The position numbers were made by a program, and so were the translations under genes. This document shows, piece by piece, positions 37,700-50,873 of a DNA stretch of 64,000 nt. Numbering within the stretch: the stretch's first letter is position 1; the number at the start of each line of letters is the position of its first letter. The notes below the pieces were generated by a model, which ran no database searches, had not been told where the DNA came from, and saw nothing but the letters and a program-made list of their open reading frames with translations. This DNA is from Eledone cirrhosa (lineage: Eukaryota): contig OZ024753.1 in the NCBI GenBank assembly GCA_964016885.1, positions 5,146,001 through 5,210,000 of the forward strand. Reading direction: 5' to 3'.

Positions 37700-39135
37700 A
37701 GAACTATGACAGACTTACAAGGAGAGACTGCTGAATGGAGAGAATAAATGGGACAGTGAGAGCCTACCCCACCTAGACCCAACTGAGGGACCAGTCATAA
37801 AAGTTGACAGCAGTGTGACAGATAAAACAATTAAAGACATGAAGGTAGGGAAAGCAGCTGGCCCATCTGGTTTAGTTGCTGAGATGGTGAAATCATCTAG
37901 AATGGTAGGATATCAGCAAGTCAGATGCATAATTAATCAAGTAGTGCAGAATGATGTCATACCCAATGAGTGGCACAGCAGTATCATTGTAAACTGTGAC
38001 AAGGACAAAGAGACACATTACAGAGATATCAACTTGATGAATTAGATCATATAAATTACTGAAAGCAGAACTAATTAAAAAAAGAATCAAGTTGGATGAG
38101 ATGTAGTTTGGCTTTATGCCAGGTATGAGTACTACCGATGCCCTTTTCTGGGGAGACAACTGCAGGAGAGTTATTTAGAAAAGAGTAAACTACTGTTCCA
38201 GGCATTTCTAAACCCAAAGAAGTCTTTGATAGGGTCTCATACACTATAATTTTGGGGGAACTTTGGAAGGTAGGTGTAGACAAATGGCTTGTGAGGGCTG
38301 TGCAGACCATGTTTAGAGAAGCAACCAGCAGAAAGAGAGTTGGTAATGAGTACAGTGATGAATGAGAAGTGCAGGTGGGGTTCATTAGGGCTCAGCCATC
38401 AGTCCACGTCTGTTTATTATTGTCCTTCAGGCTATCACTGAGGAGTTTAAAACTGGCACCCCATGGGAACTTCTGTATGCTGATGACCTAGTCCTTATAG
38501 CTGAATTCATGTTAAAGTTAGAAATGAAATTTCAAACATGGAAGAAGAACTTTGAGTTGAAAGGCCTTAAAGTAAACTTAGCAAAGATTGAAGTATTAAT
38601 AAGTAGGAAAGAGGAGAGGAGGCTGATTCCAACAGGGAACTGGCATTGTTCGATGTCATAAAGAGGTGGGCAGAAATTCCATAAGGTGCACACAAAGTAG
38701 TCTTTGGACACAAGAGATGTAGTAGGATTACAGGTAGTTTATGTGGCAGATGTACAGGAGAAATAAGCACTAAGAACATATATGAAATAGATACCTTAAG
38801 TTGCTCAGGGGGTTTCTAAGGTAACCTAAGTGATCAAATCAGCAGTGGTAGAGGATGCTCTGAAAGTGTGATAGCCAGGGTAAGAACAGGCTGGAAGAAG
38901 TTTAAGGAGTTGGTACCTCAGTTGACAACAAAGGGTCTCTCTTTCTTTCAGAATGAAGGGTAGACTGTGTGAGGCTTGTGTGTATACTACAATGCTACAT
39001 GGCAGTGAAACATGAGCCTTGACTACAGAAGAACTGCAAAGGCTAGAAAGAAATGGCGTATGCTTCGGTGGATGTGTAACATTAGTGTGCATGAATGATG
39101 TAGCATAAGCAAGCTGAGAGAAAAACTTGGAGAGT
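37700..39135 (+). mobile_element. Older decayed RTE LINE (RT region)
   Basis: MKVGKAAGPSGLVAEM, IPNEW, FGFMPG.STTDA, PWELLYADDL, GLKVNLAK, RTGWKKFKEL, MLHGSET; many stops. Confidence 0.93.
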
Positions 39136-41164
39136 GGCTTCATGTGTGGGTGTGCAGTCTGTAAATTTGTAGAGAAACAAAACATGATATATATACGAGA
39201 CTGGTATGCATGGGCGATGGCTGATCTTCCACAAAAAATCTTGCCCAGGCTTGTTCCTCAGAGGGTAACTTTCTAGATGTAAAACTAATGGTCATTTGTG
39301 ACTAAAGAAAGTTTCCTCCTTATATTCACACATGTGTGTGTGTATGTGTGTGCATTTATATTATATTTATATTATTAAGATATGCAAATATAACTACACT
39401 AAAGCTGAATAGACACAGCTAAGTCAAAATTGTAATTTCTCATTTGACAAAATTGCATATTATCTCCAAGGATTATAACCTGAAATTATTTTTAGAACAA
39501 AGTTAAATATGTATTTTTATATATGTATTTTTATATTTCCTCATAAATAATTGACGCATTATTTGTTTTGTTTTAGTGTTTTTGTCTTTTTAGCATCACA
39601 AAATAATAATTTCATAATAATAAAGACGTTTATCCACTCCTTGTCTCTGGTGTTTAAACCCCAATGAATTTATTTAACTATTTTTGACAGACAGTTTGTA
39701 AAATTTATATGGAAAGCGAAATTTCAACTCTTCAAAATATTAATTGAAACTGACCTGACTTCCCTTGGCACAAAATAAATTAATAAGATTGACAATTTAA
39801 TCCTTTTTTAAATGTTGATATTACTGAATTTCGTGCAAAATACGTGCATGTGGATGCAATGATATGTTCAAAGATGGCTGTTTAAGTTTGACCAGAAAGA
39901 AACTGTTAACATATGCAACTAATTTGAAATTTGACTCTTCAACATTTTCCTTTTAGTACATTATTAGATTTGTGGAATCTTGTGACTTCCTTTCTTCTAA
40001 AACTCAATAGACTGATTGGTAAATATGTCTCAGAAGTAAAAATGTTCTGCTTATTTATGAAATATTTCCTTTCTGCTTAACTCAATTTACTTTACAATTT
40101 GATTTGCACATCAGAAAAGGAAAATGTTTTTATTTTAGCTGCTTTCAAATAAACTGGAAGTTTACAGTTTCATCTTGATTGGGACATGCCCAAAGAAAAA
40201 CACAAGTTGTTATCTGCAAGAAACATAAGGCTATCAACTAAATGAAGTCTTCAACCAGTAATAAGATCTATAAGTATGTAGAAGGTTCAATTTACAACCA
40301 CCAAGTTGCACTCTGTTCTCTCTGTAACATGCAAATTCAGTCTATGTAAACTATATAACAGGAAGTAGATGTAAGCAAGGAAGAGCTAATGTATTGCACT
40401 GCTCACAGCTACATCGCAGTATATTTTGACTAATATAAATCTGTATCAAGGAGTAAATAAACAACATTTAGGCTAAATCCTGTCTTTCATTGGTGTTTAG
40501 ATAATGCATAAATTTTGCTTGAATCATTTTGTAAAGTAAACCTGAAAAAATTAAAATGCTTTCAGTTTTATATATGTATATGTGTGAGTGTGTGTATGTT
40601 TATATAGATATATATATATATATCATCATCATCATCATCATCGTTTAATGTCCAATTTCCATGCTAGCATGGGTAAGATGGGTCGTCCCACTTGAGGTAA
40701 GTTGGGTCAGGTGCCTGTGTCTTATTTGTATAAGACTTTTTCTGGCTTGGTTTCTACAGCTGGATGCCCTTCCTAATGCCAACCACATTTACAGTGTGTG
40801 GTGGATGCATAGAAACAAGAAACAGATGGAATCATTAGACAAACAGCTTTGTTGGGAGATTTGAGTGTCAGGCATGTACAAATGCTTTGCCATGATGTTG
40901 AAGGCAAAACACTGTTTCTAGTAAATTTATCAAAAGCAACATGCCACTGGCAAGTGACATAGGAGAGTTGATCTCCAGTAGATCTGGCTTTGTGAAAGCT
41001 GTACTGTTGGTCACTAACCCTTTAGCATTTACATTACTCTATATTTACTATTGCATTTTCATGGTAAAGAGAATTCTGCCTGGATATGCCCAGTTTAAAT
41101 GCTAAAGCGTTAAGGTAAAAGAAGGGAATTAAGTTATTGGAGAAGGTTGTTGTTAATAGCTGAC

Positions 41165-41495
41165 TCTATTGATAGTTGACAGGGTCAAAGGGATTACCAT
41201 TCTTGAGAATGGAATAGACTGTAGTGTGTTTCCAAAGATCAGGACATATCCCCGTAGAGAGTTTGATACCAAAGTGTTTGGTAAGGATATGGGCTAGCTC
41301 TGGGGCACATTCCTTTACATAAGTGATAAGTGTTGTTTTGAAGCAGAAGTGTTTTCTCTTTTGACAAGTGTATGTGTGTGTGTGTGTGCTTAGTGGCAAA
41401 ATGGAGGGGTGGAGTGTTTGGTAAGGATATGGGCTAGATTTGGGGCAGATTTATTTACATCAACGGAAGAGACATTGTCAGGGCCAGTGACCATG
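41165..41495 (-). mobile_element. CR1/Jockey-type LINE RT N-terminal fragments, partly duplicated
   Basis: GPDNV...; KECAPELAHILTKHF...STGICPDLWK...V..I.K.G....PVNY. Confidence 0.7.
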
Positions 41496-42699
41496 AGTGG
41501 AGGTGCTTTCTCTTTTGACAAGTGTGTTGTGTATGTGAGTGTGTGTGTGTGGTTAGTGCCAAAATTGGTGGAATGGAGAGGGCTAGTCATGAGGAAGTGA
41601 CGACCAAATATAAAACTTTGTCTGGAGTAGTACTGTTTAGAGAACCATCATAGTTTAGAAGTGAGGGAAAAGAGGATTTAGTGACATAATATAATTTGCA
41701 GGCATATCTTGAGCTAATAAAAGGCCCAGGTCAGATGTGAAATCTAAGTCCCATTTCAAACTGCTCATTAAGTATTTTAATAAATAAATGAATAAATGTG
41801 TTAAGTACATGTGGTTTATGTATGTATTAGGGGTATATACATGTACATATAGTGCACACGATATGCTTAATGTGGGGCTAGGGTGCCGAAACTGCGGAGG
41901 AGGTTTTGCCAGAAGCAAGAGACCAGTGACGTCACATCAGGATTCGCGGGCCTGTCATTTCCTCTTTTGTCAGGATGTGGTCCCATGTGGTCATGGTATG
42001 ATTGTGTGTGAGAGACTCTCTATATGTTTTTGGCTGGACATAAGATGGGTGAACATCCGTGCAGGACATTCAATCCAGATTCAAGTGGAGACGCAAGTTA
42101 TGTCCATTCACTTCCTCACTACACTTATTAATAACTGTTTCTATTTCAGGCACAAGGCCAGCAATTTGAAGGGAAGGGGAAAGTCGATTATTGACCCCAT
42201 AAGGATGAAAGGCAAAGCAAATCTCAGCAGGATTTGAACTCAGAACATAGAGGGCCATAACTCTAAGCTGCAAAGCATGGTGTCCGATGCTCTAACGATA
42301 CTGTCAATCCACCGCCCTAAACTACACTTCCTAATAACAAAACTAGAACCTAACATGAGTAGACCTATCTCAAAATCCTAGGCCCAAACCAATTTCCCCA
42401 TTTGCACCTATTCCCTTCTAACCTTATAATATGCAGAATAACAGTTTTTTTTTTTTTTAAAGCATGACATATTTACTAGAATAATATATTTTATTTTAAT
42501 ACAGATGCCTTGAAGTATTTTTTTCAAATTTAATTTGTCTACATATCACCCTCCCCATATATATATGTATATATACACACACATATGTATATATATGTAT
42601 ATGTGTGTGTGTGTGAGTCCCAAATTCAATTGGGGGTAACCACAGTAAGTAAGGTACGCAATACATTATTAGAGTATATACAAATTTTAATATAGAAAT

Positions 42700-42751
42700 G
42701 GCTTCTACAGAACTAGAACTGTTTCAATCGAATGAAATCATCAGGAAAGCC
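42700..42751 (-). ncRNA. Type I hammerhead ribozyme (family A, best-preserved copy)
   Basis: ggctttc-CTGATGA-tttcattcgatt-GAAA-cag ttCTAGtt ctg-TA-gaagcc on the minus strand. Confidence 0.72.
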
Positions 42752-42752
42752 C

Positions 42753-42795
42753 CTGATGATTTCATTCGAATGAAACAGTTCTAGTTCTGTAGAAG
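42753..42795 (+). ncRNA. Inverted twin hammerhead (family A) lacking the 5' strand of stem I
   Basis: CTGATGA-tttcattcgaat-GAAA-cagttctagttctg-TA-gaag. The arms 42687-42745 and 42752-42810 are inverted repeats. Confidence 0.6.
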
Positions 42796-42808
42796 TTATT
42801 TCTATATT

Positions 42809-42848
<40 letters not shown>

Positions 42849-43054
42849 CGGCGTGTATGAGGGTGGGAATATCATTTTTTTTCCAAATGATTTTACAAGT
42901 AATTGGTATTAAAAAAAAAAGGAAAGAAAAAAAATGTTTTTCTGTGCTAGAAATTTTAATGCTGGCACATTTTTATTTATTTATTTTAGCTAATTTGAGA
43001 AATAATTATAACATCTACTAATGAAATAAAATTAGTAATAAATAGCAAGCTACA

Positions 43055-43360
43055 TATTAATCGATAGAGAGAAAAAAATATCCCAAACTCTGGTAACTTG
43101 AACAAGTAATGTTATCGACCAATGAGAGAGCTAGGATTTATGACGTTATAGCATTCTGCTAACTTTTCCTCCACAGAAATAAAGTTCCATTTACAAAGTC
43201 GACGACAAGTTTTTATACGGAATCAAACGTCAAGAGAACCGACATTAAAATTGTAGACGACTTTTTTAAAAAAAGGGAAAAGGAAAAAGGAAAACACATA
43301 TATATCTATCTATAGATATAGATATATATACACACACGTAATGTTAATACATCGCCATAT
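43055..43360. promoter_or_regulatory. CpG-retaining promoter-like segment
   Basis: Non-repetitive, with many CpGs in a CpG-poor window. AATCGATA (~43059), CCAAT (43119), TGACGT (43141), CGCCAT (~43353). Confidence 0.45.
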
Positions 43361-43402
43361 ATTTAATTTTTGACAGATACACATAATACCGAATATATAT
43401 AT

Positions 43403-43456
<54 letters not shown>

Positions 43457-44029
43457 ACATAAAGTGGTGGTGGGGGAGAAAAGAGATGAATTTGTGTTGA
43501 AGGCGCTAAAGAGATGAAGGCTTTGTTTAGTAGTGGAAGCTGTAGAAGAGGAGAGAGGTGTAGTTGCAGAGTTCCGTTATGTTAGTGCCAACAACATGGC
43601 TAAACGTTCCTACCAACTGCTGCCACAACTGTTGCAGTGGGAACTGTTAGAAAGTTGATGGAAGATGGATGGTAACACATCAGATCATAGCCTACCATCC
43701 AGTGATCATACTGGAGGTACTTGGATCCAATCTTGGGAAAAGGATATTCATTCAGTTTCGAGATTGAACTTGGGTAAGGAAGAACTTTCTTTTTCTCTCT
43801 CTCCCTCCCGCTCCTTCACTATCGCTCTCTCTCTTCCACCCTCCCTCTCCCCCACTCTCTCTCTCTCTCTTCCACCCTCCCTCTCTTCCGCTCTCTCTCT
43901 TTCTCGCCCCCCCCCCCCCCCGCCTCCTGTCCTCCATTCTCTCTCTCTCTCATCTTTCCTTTATCTCTTTCTATTTCTGTTTCACCCTCCAGCCCTGCCA
44001 CTCCTTCTCTCTCACCCTCTCTCTCTATT

Positions 44030-44458
44030 TTTTCACGCCATTTTGCGACTCTTTCCAAATTATTTATTACATCAAAGTTGACCGAACTTTTTAAAAAATG
44101 TATTAATCGTTTCCATTAAACCAACTTGTCCTCTACAACCCGTGTTTAATCTATAAATATTTCCCTCTCTAAACACCTACATCTAAATAATATAACCTCA
44201 AGTAATATTGACTGTCAATAAAATTATACTTACCAATATTTTCAATAATCCTACAACACATTTATTTGCTCTATTTCTTTACCTCATTTTAAAATTAAAC
44301 GTCAATTAAGTAATTAATCTATTTTAGGGGATGGGGGATAGTTCCTAGTTTAATATATTTTATTTATTTTATTTTCAATCAAACAAATTTAAACTGTTTA
44401 TTCTTCAAGCAAAATATATTTGGAAAATTAGAAATAAAAAAAAATGACTGAGGCAAGT
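44030..44458 (+). promoter_or_regulatory. Candidate transcription start / first exon of a plus-strand gene
   Basis: A pyrimidine tract is followed by the YY1-type motif CGCCATTTTG (44036-44045) and aaaaATGACTGAG/GCAAGT (ATG at 44444, GC-type donor). G/T-skewed intron-like sequence follows. Confidence 0.4.
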
Positions 44459-44649
44459 TTGAAAGACCAGTTTTATAAAGATTCCTGTTTGTTTTAGTGT
44501 TGTAAATATATTTTGTTTTATGTGTAGTGTTTGTGTTTTTCCAATGTGGTTATGTTTACAAATAACTATATATATGTGTGTGTGTATCCCGGGTTCAACC
44601 GGGAGTAACCACAGTAAGGTACTCAATACATAGTAGAGTATATACAATA

Positions 44650-44697
44650 TTCCTGATGATTTCTTTCGAATTAAACAGTTCTAGTCCTGTAGAAGCC
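44650..44697 (+). ncRNA. Family A hammerhead, inverted relative to its element end (44585-44720), GAAA mutated
   Basis: ttc-CTGATGA-tttctttcgaat-TAAA-cagttctagtcctg-TA-gaagcc. Confidence 0.55.
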
Positions 44698-44849
44698 ATT
44701 TCTATATTAAATATTGTATATATATATATTTATATATTTATATATATATATATATATATATCCGTATGTAGGTTGACGGCTGAAGGAAAAAGAGAACTCA
44801 ATACCGAAGTAGAGTATAAATCTTCACTTTATTAAAGCTAAATAGTGAG

Positions 44850-44899
44850 TCTTGTTAGTCTGGAGTTTCGCCAGTTTATCACAGGGTCATCAGACAAGA
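44850..44899 (-). ncRNA. Degenerate type I hammerhead (distinct family)
   Basis: tcttgt-CTGATGA-ccctgtgataaactggc-GAAA-ctccagac-TA-acaaga. 6-bp stem I; stems II and III are decayed; AATAAA lies downstream on the same strand. Confidence 0.55.
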
Positions 44900-45024
44900 A
44901 CTAATGAATCAAAACATATCAAATATGTTAGAATTTTGAGCTACACTCTCCGGGTATGAAATAGCGCTATAAGGTTTCTCTTATTGTTTCACCCGTGTAC
45001 ATATTCTTCTACAGAATATGTATT

Positions 45025-45060
<36 letters not shown>

Positions 45061-45085
45061 CTGTGTTTCTTATACGATATATGGA

Positions 45086-45183
<98 letters not shown>

Positions 45184-45824
45184 TTTTCATTTGGTTATAT
45201 ATATATATGTGTGTGTGTTTAGCTGTTGTAAACGTGTTTGTGTATGTTGTGTGCATGGATGTCTGTCTTTAGTTTATGTATTGCTGTGTATATATTATAT
45301 TTCTGTTAGTGTGTGTTGATGTTTGCTTAATTCTGAGTATATTTGTTGATGTGTGAGTGTGTGTTTATGTTTTCAACAGTGTGTGTTTATATATGAAGGT
45401 ATGTGTGTGTTTATATATATATATATATGAAGATATCTGTTTGTGTGTGTTTATATATGAAGATGCGTGTGTTTATATATGAAGATATCTGTGTATGTGT
45501 TTATATATGGAAGATGTATGTGTGTGTTTATATATTATGCCTGCATGTGTGTGTGTTTATGTTAAGATGTCTGTGTGTGTGGGGGTGGGTATGTGTGTAT
45601 GTGTGTGGGGGCGGGTATATATCGTGTATATATATGTGTATATTTATGTGTGTATGTTTATGTGTGGGAGGTATGTGATTGTGTGTATATGTATGTATAT
45701 ATTTATATTTGTTTTATGTGTGTGTATGGGCAGATATGTGATGTATGTGTATATTTATGTATGCGTGTGATTCTGTTTATGTGTCATTAAATTGCTGGCA
45801 GCAATTATTGGTAAACCAACTGGT

Positions 45825-46245
45825 GATTTGTTGTTGTTGTTGTTGTTGGTGGTGGTGGTGATGGTGGGGTTTGTTGTTGGTGGTGGTGGTGGTGTTGTTG
45901 TTGGTGGTGGTGGGGTTTGTTGGTGGTGTTGTTGGTGGTGGTGGTGGTGATGGTGGGGTTTGTTGGTGGTGGTGGTGTTGTTGGTGATGTTGGTGGTGAT
46001 GGTGGGGTTTGTTGGTGGTGGTGGTGTTGTTGGTGGTGATGGTGGGGTTTGTTGGTGGTGGCGTTGGTTGTGGTTTGTTGTTGGTGGTGGTATTGTTGGT
46101 GATGTTGTTGGAGGTGTTGTTGTTGTGTTTGTGGTGGTGGTGTTGGTTTAGTGTTGTTGATGTTTTTGGTGGTGGTGTTGATTTGTTGTTGATGCTGTTG
46201 ATGGTGGTTTGTTGATGTTGTTGGTGGTGTTGATGTTGGTGGTAG
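45825..46245. repeat. (GGT/GTT)n array
   Basis: Direct inspection. Confidence 0.95.
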
Positions 46246-46312
46246 TATACTTACTGGAAACTAAGCATCGAGTGTTCACTCTGGAGAACCTACAGTAACT
46301 GGACGTTACAAT

Positions 46313-46360
<48 letters not shown>

Positions 46361-46899
46361 GTGTGTGTGTTTCTGTGTGTATGTGAGTATATATCTATGT
46401 GTGTGTGTGTGTGTTTCTGAATATTTTCTAATCTAACAGTTGAATATATATGTGTTTCCGTTCAAATTATGCCCCACCCACCACACCACCACCACCATCC
46501 GCCCACAATTTATCTTTAAATTATTAATTATAATTATGCTCTCAGCATTTTTGAAAAATTTAGACTAATTAATCTACATTTAAAAAAAAAAGAAGAAAAA
46601 AAGGAATTGGTATAAAAATAATTTTCTACTTTTGGCACAAGGCCAGCAATTACCCAGTGCATTACTGGTACTTTATTTTATCGACCCCGTAAGGATGAAA
46701 GGCAAATCTAACCTCGATGGGATTTGAACTAAGAACGTATAGGGCCATTACTCTATGCTGCAAAGCATGGTGTCTGACACCCTCCTGATTCTACTGCCAA
46801 TCCAATATTCTTTGTGTAAAAATAATGGATCTGTGTAAAACTGTCAATTTATGGGATTGTGTGGTGGTGGTATTAGTGGTGATGGTGATAGTGGAAGTG

Positions 46900-47305
46900 G
46901 TGGTGGTGGTGATGGTAGCAGTGGGAATAGTAGTAGTGGTGGTAGTAGTAACCCATGCTAGCATGGAAGATAGATGTTAAACGATGTTGATGATGATGGT
47001 AATGGTGGTGGTAGTGTGTGAAACAACAAACTATTTAAATTGCAGTTGACCCTTTAGTGATGGTAGTGGTGGTAGTAGTAACACACACTAAAATAGACGT
47101 TAAACGATGATGATGATGGTAGTGGTGGTGGTGGTGGTGGTGGTGATGGTGATGGTGATGATAGCAGTGGGGATAGTAGTAGTGGTGGTAGTAATAACCC
47201 ATGCTAGCATGGAAGATAGATGTTAAACGATGTTGATGATGATGGTAATGGTGGTGGTAGTGTGTGAAACAACAAACTATTTAAATTGCAGTTGACCCTT
47301 TAGTG
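46900..47305. repeat. ~250-bp-period tandem duplication including an RTE tail stub
   Basis: acccatgctagcatggaagatagatgttaaacg...gaaacaacaaactatttaaattgcagttgaccctttagtga occurs twice. Confidence 0.88.
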
Positions 47306-47407
47306 AAATATGTTTAGCTTTACTCCTGTGTTTGACCATCATACTAATTGTTCTGACCTTTCTGTTGTTGGTCTCAGACCATTACTTCCTATTTACTGTT
47401 GTTTCTG

Positions 47408-47448
<41 letters not shown>

Positions 47449-48529
47449 TGTATGTATAGTATATTTGGCAATATACTGTATGTTTAATTAAAAACATTTT
47501 GAAAACCTTCGCTATGAGTTTTAAAGTTGTGACTATGTCATTTATTCTATACGGCGATGAATTTGTTTTGCAAGGTTTTTGATATGAAATCGTGTGTTGA
47601 AACAAATATTGTTATATTTGGGGTGGGTCATATTGTTATAATATGGCCAGAAATAATAATAAAACACACTCACTGTTTGGTTTTGGTTGGTTTTCGTTTC
47701 CGTATATTTTATATCCTTTAAGTTAATTTAGCTGGTAATCGACGTTTATCATAAACCAACAGTTAAAAATGTAGATCTAAATATATATATATAGTCTATC
47801 AAAGTTCTTTCATCACACACCTGTAACATCATCAGTTGTACTATTATGTTTCCTCCCCTTGTATTGTAATGTCTATTCTATTTTTTATTTATTTATTTAT
47901 TTTATTTATTGTCTCTGTTTGCGTATGCCTTTGTGTGTGTTTTATGCTTGGAGTATGTTCGTGTCTGAGTCAATGTGTGTTTGAGAATATCTAAATAATT
48001 CTAACCGTAACAGTTTCTGCCCTAGTAGATCATTAAGAGGTAGACCCCCAACTATAACTTCAATGGCTAAAAAGACACCGAGAGGAAGATGGAATAGTGG
48101 ACCAAAGCCATACGGACACCCAAGAACAACAATCAGGTGAGAAAAATCATTGGTGCAGTTATGCAATCATTGTGATATGCCAGTGGCCATGCCCAGCCAT
48201 CTTGTAGTGAAGTGAGGACCTGCTTATCATCAGGAAGTTACAACATAGCAACTAAGATAAACAACACTCTTCTGAAACTATATATATATATATAAGCTTG
48301 TACTGAATGTAGCCCACACAACGCAAACCAAAACAAACTGATATATCTAATAGAAGACAAAATCCACATCTCCACATCTTCTCAGTTGTTGGTGTAGTGT
48401 GCAGATGTTCATTTGTTCGTTCTTTAATCTACTTTTAAGCCCAATATCTCTTTGTAGATCCTCTCTCTCTTCTCTCTGATGTTCCTACATGCATCATTCA
48501 AAGTAGTTGATAACAGGAAAACATCAGTA

Positions 48530-49150
48530 TATATACATTTGTTAAACAACATCCATATCAATATAGCTACATCTGTTAACAACATCCATATCAATATGTA
48601 TAGATCTGTTAAACAACATCCATATCAATATGTATAGATATGTTAACAACATCCATATGAATATGCAAGGAAATTCCGTTATAATGAAAATCATGGAGTA
48701 TTAAAAAAATGTCTTGTAACTAAAAATTCTTTGTAACAAGATCGACTGAAATAAATTTGAGCGTTTGTTTTTACCTCAGGGATTGAAAAAAATGTTGTTA
48801 TACTGAAACATTCGTTATAATGGTATTCATTATAACAGAAGTTTACCTGCATATGTTAACAACATCCATATCAATATATATACATACATTAACAACATCC
48901 ATTCCAATATATATACATCTGTTAACAACATCCATACCAATATATATCTATCTTTTAACAATCATATCAATATATATATATATATATATATCTGTTAACA
49001 ACTTCCATACCAATATATATATACATCTGTTAACAATATCCATACCAATATATATACATCTGTTAACAGCATCCATATCAATATATATATATCTATTAAC
49101 AACATCCATATCAATATATATACATCTGTTAAACAACATCCATATCAATA
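48530..49150. repeat. ~33-36-bp minisatellite interrupted by a Tigger-like MITE (48666-48849)
   Basis: Unit catatcaatatatatacatctgttaacaacatc. The insert has inverted ends aattccgttataatgaa / ttcattataacagaagtt and ends tacctg. Confidence 0.75.
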
Positions 49151-49187
<37 letters not shown>

Positions 49188-49769
49188 TACTCTTTTACCT
49201 GTTCCAGCCATCCAGCTGATGCCATGCTGGGGCACCACCCTTGTTGCTACACATTTTACCTCTACTGGTGCAATATATATATATATATATATTATATATT
49301 ATATATATTTATATATATATATATATATCATAATCTATAATATATATATAAATTCAGCGAGAATCGTATTTCGGCTGGTAGAAAAAGCGAAACGAAACGC
49401 AAAATTGTAGAAATGCTGGCAAGCACTCCAATAGTTAAGAAAACTAGTGCTAAACAATATGTTAAAACGCCATACAAACTGAAAAAGTGGTCAAGAAGGC
49501 ATTAACCACCTAAGCCAAAAATCAAATCAAGTTAAACAGGTCAAACAAATATATATATATCTGTTAACCAACATCCATATCATTGAAAGTCCTATCCAGA
49601 AAACTGTAATTATTTTTCATGACTGTGTCTTGCTCATACAGAACTTGGTTCATACGGCAATATACCCTTCCTATTGCCAACCACATTTACAGTGTGGAGT
49701 GGGTGTTCTTTTTTATTGTGGCATCAAAACGAGTATAATCAATCTCACTACTTGCATGGTTTATATTTA

Positions 49770-50108
49770 AATGTAGCTGTGTATAAACCCAGATTTTATA
49801 GCTATATTTAATTGTCGCTGGGTTTAAACTAACATTTTATAGCTATATTTAATTGTAGCTGAGTATCAACCCAGATTTTATAGCTATATTTAACTGTAGC
49901 TGAGTTTAAACCCAGACTTTATAGCTAAATTTAACTCTCGCTGGGTTTAAACCCAGATTTTATAGCTATGCCAGTACAGTGTATATTTAACTGTAGCTGG
50001 GTTTAAACCCAGATTTTATAGCTATATTTAACTGTAGCTGGGTTTAAAACCAGATTTTATAGGTATATTTAACTGTAGTTCGGTTTAAACCCAGATTTTA
50101 TAGCTATG
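49770..50108. repeat. 41-bp minisatellite with an internal palindrome
   Basis: Unit tatatttaactgtagCTGGGTTTAAACCCAGattttatagc, about 8 copies. Confidence 0.9.
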
Positions 50109-50479
50109 CAAGTACAGTATATACTGTAAAACATCTGAGTCGTTTCTGCCAATGTCTCAATGTCTCAAAACAAGTAATATTGCATCAAGAAATATTATTG
50201 TGAACAGTCTGAAAAATGTCAAATGTATGAAGGTCATTTGTTTGAAACACTCTATTATGAAGTGTGTCTACTGCTTTTAAAATGTAGTGGAGTCCATTCT
50301 CCTTCAAGTAGATACCTAAAATACCTATATGGTACTTTGGTTTCTTGAAATAGTTAGTCCTCAACAGTCTCAATGACGCTCTATGAATAACAATGTAACT
50401 AAAATAAGATTCAAAGTTTTATTTGTATAAATAAATCTGTGTCAACAGTTTTACTTCATCTATTTTCTACCTTTATAAA

Positions 50480-50665
50480 TAATATCACACACTATTACAT
50501 TTTCTACATAATATCACACACTATTACATTTGTACATATCACACACTATTACATTTTCTACATAATACCTTTTACTATTACATTTTCTACATAATACTTT
50601 GTACTATTACATTTTTTACATAATATCACACACTATTATATTTGTACATAATGTCACGCAATTAC
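50480..50665. repeat. ~28-bp minisatellite
   Basis: Unit cataatatcacacactattacattttcta. Confidence 0.85.
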
Positions 50666-50873
50666 TATTTTGAGAGAAAACTGTGTAGAAGCATATTGGC
50701 GGGTCCATTTCTGTTTTGGGAGGGGTAGACTTGATGTGTAGCCCAGTTTAATATCTCCACTTGGCCCATGGAGGATCTTCACCAATATTCACTCAGTTCT
50801 AAACATTTAGAGTAGGCCTGCTGTCTGAAAATAACTTTCTCCCACCAGTTTCTGAGGCTCTAAAATGGTCAGA

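Noticed and set aside
47793-47840. Minus-strand CTGATGA-hairpin-GAAA
   Set aside because: Stem II is plausible, but stem III, the NUH triplet and stem I cannot be put in register.
47990-48137. Open frame ...RGRPPTITSMAKKTPRGRWNSGPKPYGHPRTTI ending at cag/GTGAG
   Set aside because: The acceptor is weak, and RGRPP also fits a LINE C-terminal remnant. It cannot be called without transcript data.
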